Below are positions 37,569 to 48,200 of a stretch of 64,000 nt of DNA, piece by piece. Made by a program: the position numbers and the translations under genes. The notes under the pieces are model-generated. The model was given only the letters and a program-made list of their open reading frames with translations, had not been told where the DNA came from and did not search any database. Source of the stretch: Macrostomum hystrix (lineage: Eukaryota > Animalia > Platyhelminthes); NCBI GenBank assembly GCA_950097015.1, contig CATNEN010000007.1, positions 10,540,001 through 10,604,000 on the forward strand. Direction: 5' to 3'. How positions within the stretch are numbered: position 1 is the stretch's first letter; every line of letters starts with the position of its first letter.

Positions 37569-37864
37569 TTTTTTTTATTACACCTGCCCCAATTGGGTCA
37601 GGTGTGCAGCCGACAGCACAGCCGCAGCTAATGCGCGGCGCATCTGAAGGCTGCGTACAGCTGTTCAGTCCATGGACTGGGGGACGCCACACCCACCTTC
37701 AATTATCCCAGCTGATGCTGGTACCCATTTAACAGCTGGGTGAACTGAAGCAATGCAGAGTTAAGTGTCTTGCTAAAGGACACAAATTGCTTAGTGGAGT
37801 CGGGAATCGAACCCCCGACCTTCAAGTCGTGAGTCCGACGCCCTAACCACTAGGCTACAACCTC
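37569..37864 (-). mobile_element. tRNA-derived SINE with a CORE/Meta-like central domain
   Basis: Minus strand: A box TAGCCTAGTGG, B box GGTTCGATTCC, then TGTGTCCTTTAGCAAGACACTTAAC (CORE-like) and CACCCAGCTGTTAAATGGGTACC, ending in an A tail. Direct repeat CCTCACTGT at 37560-37568 and 37861-37869 is the likely TSD. Confidence 0.88.
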
Positions 37865-37947
37865 ACTGTGCACAAGCTGAAAACAAGAATGCATTAGAAA
37901 GGCCTATTTAAAACAGTTTTTCGAATATTTAATCCCCTTGCAAATTA

Positions 37948-38298
37948 AATATCTCATGCTGCTCACCATTGATATCTCATGCTGCTCACCATTGATATCT
38001 CATGCTGCTCACCATTGATATCTCATGCTGCTCACCATTGATATCTCATGCTGCTCACCATTGGTATCTCATGCTGCTCACCATTGATATCTCATGCTGC
38101 TCACCATTGGTATCTCATGCTGCTCACCATTGGTATCTCATGCTGCTCACCATTGGTATCTCATGCTGCTCACCATTGATATCTCATGCTGCTCACCATT
38201 GGTATCTCATGCTGCTCACCATTGGTATCTCATGCTGCTCACCATTGGTATCTCATTCTGCTCACCATTGATATCTCATTCTGCTCACCATTGGTATC
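37948..38298. repeat. 23-bp minisatellite (~15 copies)
   Basis: Unit (A/G)TATCTCATGCTGCTCACCATTG. Confidence 0.96.
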
Positions 38299-38315
38299 TA
38301 GCGCTATATTTTTAA

Positions 38316-38665
38316 GTTTCATGTTTTCCTTCGAATTATCATGCTTTTAATGCATTTGTGCATTATTTTGAAAAAATAATGATGGCTTCCCTGCTTCGCT
38401 TTGAATCTAATGACGATTGCAGCAATGCTCAAAGCACTTTTCTTAAGTAAAAAAATGCTAAAAGCCACGTGTGCTCGAACAGTTTTCATTGAGTTTTGAA
38501 TCTAATAACGCGTGAAAAATTGTTGAAAGAAAAAATTAAATACGCTTTTAGCTATGCTCAACATATTTCTTTCATTCTGAATCTGATAAAACGTGCAGCA
38601 ATGCTGAAAATCCTTCCTTTGTCTTATTATCGAACAACACTTGCTGCTACACCCGAAAAAATCGT
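38316..38665 (+). repeat. AT-rich dispersed repeat, copy 2
   Basis: Homologous to 21296-21810. Confidence 0.8.
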
Positions 38666-39291
38666 ATATCTTTTCTCACAGCGAGAAGAGTAATAAAAAA
38701 GCAAACAAATATTTGCTTTAACAATAGCTAAGCGCTTACTAGCTATTTATACTCGAACCCAAAAACACCCTATAAAAAGACTAATGAACAGGAACCTACG
38801 TTTTTTACTCCTGATGATAGAAGACTAGGAAAAAAGAAGCAGTAACAAAACTGATGCTGAAATTCGACCGGCATTCTACAAAAGCATGAAAGTACTTTAC
38901 TTCGGAGCTAGATGAAAAGAAAGCGGCACAATGATCGAAGTCGAGACAAGGTTTGACAACAGACAGGCTGCAGTTTTATGGATAGAAAGGAGGAGGAGAG
39001 GTCTCGCTAGCGTTGAGCATCATAAAAGCCCAACATTGAAATCTGCTATGTGCGTTTTACGTATTCCAACCAAATCACTCAATCAGCCAAGAGACAAATT
39101 TATAAACGCACGTACGGGTGCTAACAGCAGTGACGCAATCCCATTCAATTGAGAGAATCGGCCCTGTGTGCTACGAGTACTAACGCACGCGCGGGCAGTG
39201 TTGGGCCCGATTCAAGCAATGAAAAAATAAACTTTTAAAAAGTATTGCAGAAAATGACAGCTTTTTCGAATATTTAATGCCTTTAGAGTGA

Positions 39292-39550
39292 AGCGGAGAG
39301 AAGGCTTGGGGGCTTGTCGTGCATTTTACGTCCCTGAGGGCCAACATCCAAGGCGCAGTGAAAGTGTACACTGACTGACGATGAGAAAGTCAGGGCAGAT
39401 GTACACACCTGTGTGATGGTGTGCATGTGTACGGTATCTGTGTGCGTGTGTGCTCAGTAGTCAGCGAAATGGGCAGAATTGCCTCCTCGCTGGCTGCGGG
39501 TCTAGTGTCACCAAAGGAGGTGCCATTGCCCGCAGCTCTTCTGCAATAAT
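39292..39550 (+). mobile_element. 5'-truncated copy of SINE family B
   Basis: Reverse-complement match to 52545-52800; ends in CTGCAATAAT. Confidence 0.8.
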
Positions 39551-39580
39551 GAACATAATTATAAGCCCAACTAACTAGGG

Positions 39581-40790
39581 TCTGACAGGTAAGTAGCTTT
39601 CAAACTTGAGGATCTGACAGGTAGGTAGCTTCCGAACTTGAGGATCTGAGAGGTAGGCAGCTTCCGAACTTGAGGATCTGAGAGGTAGGCAGCTTTCGAA
39701 CTTGAGGATCTGAGAGGTAGGCAGCTTTCGAACTTGAAGATCTGACAGGTTGGCAGCTTCCGAACTTGAGGATCTGACAGGTTGGCAGCTTCCGAACTTG
39801 AGGATCTGACAGGTAGGCAGCTTCCGAACTTGAGGATCTGACAGGTAGGCAGCTTCCGAACTTGAGGATCTGACAGGTAGGCAGCTTCCGAACTTGAGGA
39901 TCTGACAGGTAGGCAGCTTCCTAACTTGAGGATCTGACAGGTAGGCAGCTTCCGAACTTGAGGATCTGACAGGTAGGCAGCTTCCGAACTTGAGGATCTG
40001 ACAGGTTGGTAGCTTCCGAACTTGAGGATCTGACAGGTTGGTAGCTTCCGAACTTGAGGATCTGACAGGTAGGCAGCTTCCGAACTTGAGGATCTGACAG
40101 GTAGGCAGCTTCCGAACTTGAGGATCTGACAGGTAGGCAGCTTCCGAACTTGAGGATCTGACAGGTAGGCAGCTTCCGAACTTGAGGATCTGACAGGTTG
40201 GTAGCTTCCGAACTTGAGGATCTGACAGGTTGGTAGCTTCCGAACTTGAGGATCTGACAGGTTGGTAGCTTCCGAACTTGAGGATCTGACAGGTAGGCAG
40301 CTTCCGAACTTGAGGATCTGACAGGTAGGCAGCTTCCGAACTTGAGGATCTGACAGGTAGGCAGCTTCCGAACTTGAGGATCTGACAGGTAGGCAGCTTC
40401 CGAACTTGAGGATCTGACAGGTTGGTAGCTTCCGAACTTGAGGATCTGACAGGTTGGTAGCTTCCGAACTTGAGGATCTGACAGGTTGGTAGCTTCCGAA
40501 CTTGAGGATCTGACAGGTTGGTAGCTTCCGAACTTGAGGATCTGACAGGTTGGTAGCTTCCGAACTTGAGGATCTGACAGGTAGGCAGCTTCCGAACTTG
40601 AGGATCTGACAGGTTGGTAGCTTCCGAACTTGAGGATCTGACAGGTTGGTAGCTTCCGAACTTGAGGATCTGACAGGTAGGCAGCTTCCGAACTTGAGGA
40701 TCTGACAGGTTGGTAGCTTCCGAACTTGAGGATCTGACAGGTAGGCAGCTTCCGAACTTGAGGATCTGACAGGTAGGCAGATTTGGAACT
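39581..40790. repeat. 32-bp minisatellite (~38 copies)
   Basis: Unit GAGGATCTGACAGGT(A/T)GG(C/T)AGCTTCCGAACTT. Confidence 0.97.
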
Positions 40791-41649
40791 TAAGGATTTG
40801 GCATTGTGCAAGTTTAAGATTCTGTTTTCGGAGTTAAAAGAAAATTAGAAATTAATCAAGTTGCTAGTCAGCCACTAAAGCACAATGTAATGTGTTAGTA
40901 ACAAAAGCTGCGGTTGGCAGGTGTCTCACAAATCCACGAGTTAAATTTATGATGCACATTTATTTAACAATGCGGGCAAATGAAGGTCGCACCAAAAAGC
41001 ACAAGTTTGAGTCAGAGCAAGTTTGAGTTTGGCTGTCCCGAAAGTAGACTAAGCAGATAGGAAATTCTAGCTTGAATAACGAGACAGAAAGCTTCCGGAT
41101 TGTGTAACATATTTGCAAAACAAAATGATTGTTGCATTAGAAAGCTCAATATTTCAGTTGAAGCTTTTACGTCAACCTGTTTTACCTAGTGAGCTGAGCT
41201 AAAATAGAATTTAAGGAAGACGAAAATTCCAGTGTATTTTCGGGACAGCCAGTCAGCCCATACTGTCAGTTTACACAACTGCGCACAAGGGGAGCCAAAT
41301 TTCAGAGCGATAACACAGAAAACAGAGAAACACAGACAAAGCTTGGGCAGTTCGCAACGCGGCCTGACGCGCTGCTTGCGGGTGAGTTCACCGACGGCTT
41401 CTTATTGATGCAAAAATCTAAAATTAGAAAATAACAGGCTTGGTTCGCGGCAAGGATCAGCAGGTCAGCATGCGGACTTTCAGTTTACTCATTAGAGTCA
41501 GGTGACAGATTTCAGAGTTTCCATCAAGCGGAATCCCCACAATATGATTTCTAGAGTGGGAGATCTAAAAAATAGAATTTTCCCTGTGGAAAATCCGCAG
41601 CTTTATGATTTTCCTAGTTGAGAAACCATGATTTGAGGTCTTCCACCAA

Positions 41650-42000
41650 TGTAAATCCCTGGCTTAAGGATTTTCACAATGGTGAATCCCTGGCTTAAGG
41701 ATTTTCACAATGGTGAATCCCTGGCTTAAGGATTTTCACAATGGTGAATCCCTGGTTTCAGGATTTTCACAATGGTGAATCCCTGGCTTAAGGATTTTCA
41801 CAATGGTGAATCCCTGGCTTAAGGATTTTCACAATGGTGAGACCCTGGTTTAATGATTTCCTCAATGGTGAATCCCTGGCTTAAGGATTTTCACAATGGT
41901 GAATCCCTGGCTTAAGGATTTTCACAATGGTGAATCCCTGGCTTAAGGATTTCCACAATGGGAATCCCCGGTTTAAGGATTTCTTCAGTGGTGAATCCAC
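41650..42000. repeat. 31-bp minisatellite (~11 copies)
   Basis: Unit GGTGAATCCCTGGCTTAAGGATTTTCACAAT. Confidence 0.95.
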
Positions 42001-42203
42001 CCAGTTGAGGATTTCCAATGTGGGGTGTCCGCCGCGTTTGGAAATTCCACATTCGGGATATCTGTCAATCAGGGCTCAACACGGACGAGAACCTTGAGGG
42101 ATTTCCACGGATAGTAATCCTTAAGATTAGTGATCTCTGACTCGAGCTAACAAAATGTCTAATAGACTGAGTCCGACGGCGATGATGCTCTCAACAATCC
42201 AGC

Positions 42204-45200
42204 TCAGCCGGTGGCGGGCAGGCAGGTGTAGCTGGCCAGACGCTCCCGGTGCGCCCGATCCTGCACCCCGATGCGCAGCAGGTCCGCGTCTGTCAGGCCC
42301 TGCGCCTGCGAAACCGTGGCGATCCCGGCGGCGTGGAACAGCTGCGTGTACTGGCCCAGCTGCAGGCAGGCCAGCCACTCCGCCAGCGTTGCCGGCCGCG
42401 ACAGCGTCTCGTACTCGATTGGCAGCGAGGCTGGCGCTGCAGAGCTCCGCTCCAAGCTGGCGCTGGCGTTGGCGGCGGCGCCCACGCTCAGCTGACGTCG
42501 TGGAACCTGCGGGCTGCTGCCGGCGCTGCCGCTGCCACCGCTGCTGCCGCCGCTGCGCTGCGAGTGGCTGCTCAGGGTGCGGCCGCGGCGCTTCGGCGGA
42601 AGAGGCGGCGGCGCTGGACCCGGCGCGGAGCCCGCATCGCCAGGAGCCGAGGAGCGGATGGCGGAGGGCTTGACAACCTGGCTGCTAGTTATCTTCTTTG
42701 GGTAAAGGTAGAGGTCACCCCCGCTGCGGCTCGGATGCGATCCTGCGCCGGCGGCGGTGGCACCTCCAGCGGATGCGGCGGACAGCGGAGTGTCGCGGGT
42801 GACGGTCGACGCGCTGTCCGTCGATGAGGTTGAGGACGAAGACGACAGGGAGCGGTCGTCGCTGCCAGCCGAAGCGGAGGCCGCCCCGGCAACAGGCGGA
42901 TCCTCGTCACCCTCATCGTCGTCTTCAGCGATTGCGCCACCACCGCCAATGAGTCCACCTTGTTCGCTTGGTCGCAGCGTGTCAGTATCCATGGCAACAA
43001 GCTCGTAGGTGCGCGTTTTTGAGCGCCGCCTGGCCAGGGAGCTGCGCCATTGGTCGGTGCTGCCGGTGATGTTGCAGTGGGACAGCAGGCAGCCGCGCTC
43101 CTCGCCATACAGCGTCAGATGGACGTCAACGGCCTGCGGCATGTCGGAGATGAGCGGCCGCAGCGACACAATGCAGGCGCCGCAGGTTTCGTCAGTGTCC
43201 ATGTTGCGCACCCGAACCAGCAGGTGGGCGTCCTCCAGGTACTCCGGATCCTCCGTGCTGAGCTCCAGCGGCGGCAGAACATTCTGCCACACCGGGCAGA
43301 TGTAGGAGTCCGGGGCGCCCTTCCAGCAGCCGGTGCGCTCGAGGTCCTCGCTGGGCAGGAAGTGGGTGTTGGGCGCAGAGTCGAATCGGCCGCCGATGCA
43401 GGGCCCGTAGAAGTTCAGCTGGTAGCTGTGCCGGGCTGAGGCGCCGCGCAGCTTGGCGGTCACGAACTCGAATCGCAGCCCGTTGCTGCTGTGCAGGCCG
43501 GCCGCGGCCACCGGGTTCTTTGGCGCGTACTCGCACACCACCCCGATGTGGAAGGATGCGAACACCGGCTTGTGGTCGGAGACGTCCTGGTCCATCTGGC
43601 AGCCGTAGGAGGTGCACTGAATGTACAGGTGCGGCCGGCTGCAGATGAGGACGCGGTCGGACCAGGAGGGCAGGTGGACGCGCTGGTTGGCCGGGCCGCG
43701 GGGCACGCAGGCGGCCCACTGGTCCCGCTTGTGCTTCTCATAGCGGTAGGTGGGCGGGAACAGAATCTCCTCCTCGGCTGCGGGGCAGGGTGGGCGGGGT
43801 AAGAATCTCTGTGCTCACCTGCCTGCAGCTCAAACTTTTCTCACAGCTTCGGAGAGAAGGGAGATAGATGCAAGCAGTGAGAGAAGGGAGGGAGATGTAG
43901 GCAGTGAGAGATGGGAAGGAGATGCAGGCAGTGAGAGAAGGGAGGGAGATGTAGGCAGTGAGAGATGGGAAGGAGATGCAGGCAGTGAGAGGAGGGAGGG
44001 AGATGCAGGCAGTGAGAGGAGGGAGGGAGATGCAGGCAGTGAGAGGAGGGAGGGAGATGCAGGCAGTGAGAGATAGGTAGGAGATGTAGGCAGTGAGAGA
44101 TAGGTAGGAGATGTAGGCAGTGAGAGATAGGTAGGAGATGTAGGCAGTGAGAGATAGGTAGGAGATGTAGGCAGTGAGAAATAGGTAGGAGATGTAGGCA
44201 GTGAGAGATAGGTAGGAGATGTAGGCAGTGAGAGAGATAGTAGCAGTGGTAGCAGTAGGTAGGAGATGTAGGCAGTGAGAGAGATAGTAGCAGTGGTAGC
44301 AGTAGGTAGGAGATGTAGGCAGTGAGAGAGATAGTAGCAGTGGTAGCAGTAGGTAGGAGATGCAGGCAGTGAGAGAGATAGTAGCAGTGGTAGCAGTAGG
44401 TAGGAGATGCAGGCAGTGAGAGATAGGTAGGAGATGTAGGCAGTGAGAGCCTAGCCAAAGGTTTCTCTTGCTATCCCTCGCACTGCAGTCGCCGCTGGTT
44501 CTCACCGAACTGCTGGAAGGCCTCCCTGGACTTCCTGGCCGTGCTCAGCTGGTCTCGGCTGAGCAGGGCTCCGAAGCTGCGCAGGCGAAGCTTCTGCTCT
44601 ATGCTGCCCAGGTCGCCCTCCAGTCGGCAGCTGAAGTCGCCCATCCAGATCACGTGATCGAACTCGTGCGTCACATCGCAGTCGGGCAGGGCCCGGTCGC
44701 CCAGGTTGAGACCCTTCAGCATCTCCCTGAGCAGCGGGTCGCGCCTGCCAGGATCAGGGGATCGGGGAAGGAGGCTTAGGGGCTGCAGTTGAACCTGCCT
44801 GAAGCCTACGAGATTGCCATCTCCAAGAGAGAGCCCCGAATGCCAGCCAACATGCCGGATCTGAACCAAAATCACAACAAGCAGCAGCAGCAGCAGCAGA
44901 AGCAGCCTAAAAACTGAGTTTTCTGCCTGCCCAGAATTATCGAGCAGTGCTCACAGTTTGCGACCTATCAATAGCTCAATTAATTACAGCGCGGCCGGGC
45001 CCCACCTGCAATCGCTATCAGCACAATGAGCCAGCCGTCACTGATGTTTGCCGATCGCTTGTTCCACAACCCCAGCTGGAGTGGATGGCAAACTTGAGGA
45101 CCAGATCGAGAGCTGGGAGTCTATAGAAATCCCAAATCCCCATTTAAGACTTGACGCACCGCAAAGCAGCAAAAGGTCACTTGTGACCAGTTTAACCTGT

Positions 45201-48200
45201 GCCAGGTTTTAATATACAAGGAGTACAAATGACAAACGAAATGGCCAGTCAGCAGTAGAGAATGAAGTGTGCGCTTTTGAAAGCATGTTCGCGGAGGCAC
45301 CTTAAGGGACAAGATAGGGTATTGCTAGGCAGTCGATGGAATTCGCTTACCACTCTTTCCCCCTACCCAGACCTGGCATTCCTTCCTGTCCAAATCCGTG
45401 GGGTCATTGGGAGTTGAACAGCTCGAATTGACGGCAATTCGGATGAAGAGAATCGGGGGCTTGGCCAATTCAAGTGGGCTGGTGGCCATAAATTCTGTGT
45501 CATTCCTTCTACCCATTGTGTAGCGAGACTTGGAATAACATGTCGATTCCGCGACTGCTACTGCCAGTAGAGGCTCGCGCATGCGCTGGAGATTGGCAAC
45601 AAGCGGGACAGGGGAGAGAGGAAGGCGATGCAGTGCGGAGTGCGGTCGCAGCTGCAGCCGCTAGCCCTGGTCGTGTTGGAGCCAAGGAGCCCAAGACTGG
45701 CAGCAGCCGGCAGAGGTCAGGATGGGAGGCAGCTAGCCAATGCTGAGGCTCAGCGCATCTTCCCAGAATGGGTGGAATGGGGAGATTTCGCGCAGTTTAT
45801 CGACCCACCGTTCGGCCTGGCCCGCTGCAGACGAGCGCGGGGGAGGGAGCCGAACTCTCCGTCAGGCTGGGGAGGCTGGGAAATGCCGGATTTGCAAGCA
45901 CAAACACATAATAAGCGGACCCGGCAGGTAATCCTTGGCGCCGACGCTCCAAGCCAGCAAGCCAGACAGACTTCCCAGCCACCCACCCCACAGCTTCCCA
46001 TTCAGCAGCGATGCCGGTAGGACAGTCAGAGACGTTACTGATGGAGCAGCAGCAGCAGCAGCCGTTCTACCCGCAGCAGAACGGATTCGCTGATATGGAC
46101 GCTGCAACGGCCGCGGCGGCTGCGGCCGCAGCTGCTGCGGCGGCTGTTGAACCTGCTGGCGAGGCGCCCCGCTTCGTGAAGCAGCCAGAGCCGGCGCTGC
46201 GGGTGGACGAGGGTGACTACGCGCACATGGAGTGCCGCGTCTCACCGGCCGAAGACGGCTCCATCCAGGCGGAGTGGTTCAAGGATGGCCGGCCGCTCAC
46301 AGCCGGTGCGGGGGGCGGGAGGGTCCAGGCGCTGGTCTACTGTACTTTTTGCTCTCTTCTCATCCGTAAAATAAAATCTTTGATTTTCAGGCTCGCGCTT
46401 TTACAGCAGCTACGACCGCGGCTGCGTGCTGCTGGACATTCTGTACACCCACCCGGAGGACAGCGGCCAGTACGTATGCGTGGCCCGCAACCGCTGGGGC
46501 GCCGACCAGACTCAGCCGCTGCAGCTCACGTGAGTAGCCCGCCAGGATTAAGCGAACCTCAGTAGGCCTGTCAGCACCTGAATTCCCTGAATCTCCCAGT
46601 CCCTCTTGAACATCCAGGGTCGTGCCGGAGGACGCCCCGCCTGTCGAGCAGATCAACCATGCCGCAGTAGCGGAGCTGGACCAGCAGCTGCAGGCGGCCA
46701 ACCGGCAGCCGAAGCACGGAGGCAGCGACGCCGGAGCCCCACAGGCTCCACCGCAGTTTGTCCGCGCACCGGCCAGCATATCCGTGCAGGAGGGCCAGTC
46801 GGCCCACTTCGAGACCAGCCTGACGCCGAGCTCGGATTCCACCATGCAGGCGGAGTGGCTGAAAGACGGCGTCCCGGTGGTCCTGGGCTCCCGGGTGCAA
46901 GCTCTGTTCGAGCGGGGCTATGCGGCCCTGGAAATCCTGTACTGCCGGCCGGATGACAGCGGTCGCTACACCTGCGTGGCCACAAACCGGCTGGGGCGGG
47001 CCGAGTCAACCGCCGCCGAGCTCAGGTAACTCGACACTCAACGACACACTGCATAGCAACTGTTTCTATGCACACCAAGTCATAACGAACCAACTGCTCA
47101 CGCCTGCAACAAATATTTCAGCTGCGCCGGGTCCGCCGGAGTGGTCACGACTTCCACCCTGTCCGAGGCCTCCGTGTTGAACATCCGCCGTCTTGAGGAA
47201 TTCGGAGAGGAGTTCAGACCGTAAGTTCGGGTAGAAAACTCAATTCACTCTACTATTAGTAGAAAGCCTGTAGAAAATGTCACATTGCGCTTCTAGGATG
47301 AGCGAGCAGCCGCAGGCGCAGGAGGCGCCAAAGTTTCTGTCTGCGGTGAACCCGCCCCAGCTGGAGGTAAAGGAGAATTCGCCGGCCACCTTCGAGGTTC
47401 AGGTGGCCCCTGGCAGCGGCAACCGACTGGAGCTGGCCTGGTTCAAGGACGGCCAGCAGTTGCAGACGGGCTCCCGCATCAACAGCCGGCTGGAGATGGG
47501 CGTGGCCACCTTGGACATCTACTACACCTACGCCGAGGACTCCGGCTCCTACTGCGCGGTGGTGTCCAGCGAGTTCGGCCAGGACCAATCGGCTCCGGTC
47601 CAGCTGACCTGCCTGCCAGAAAATGGCGTTGTGACGGCCTCCCAGCTGCCTGGCGACGCCGAGCAGAGCATTCGCAACCTGATGATGCTGGAGGAGGAGT
47701 TGGGCCGGGCTCGTGAATCGGGCGCGCCGGCCGCCGCCGAAGCGACCGGGGCGCCGCAGGTGGTTCGCCCGCTGGCCCCTCTGCCTGAGGTGAAGGAGAA
47801 TGACCAGGTGTACATGGACATTCAGGTGGAGCCTGCAGCCGACGGCAACATCCGCGTGGACTGGTTCCGCAACGGCCAGCCGCTAAACTTCGGCTCCCGG
47901 ATGCGCATGGAATATGAGAAAGGCGTGGCCTCGCTGCAGCTGCTCTACTGCTACCCGGAGGACAGCGGCGAGTACTGGGCCATCGTCAGCAACAAGGCCG
48001 GCTCCGTGGAGAGCAACCGCGTCGGTCTGATCTGCCAGGCCAGCGACGCCGTGGTGACGCAGTCTCAGCTGCCTGGCGACTCGCAGGGCTACAAGCGTCT
48101 GGAGGAGATGGAGCGCGAGTGGCGCGAGTGAGCAGTCACGGTTGCGGGGGAGGGTCCAAGGCTGGAGCTGCTCAACCTACTCGTCATCTGTCTGGTAAAT

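Noticed and set aside
37790-37864. tRNA gene
   Set aside because: The acceptor stem is imperfect and the sequence continues into a SINE body with tail and TSD.
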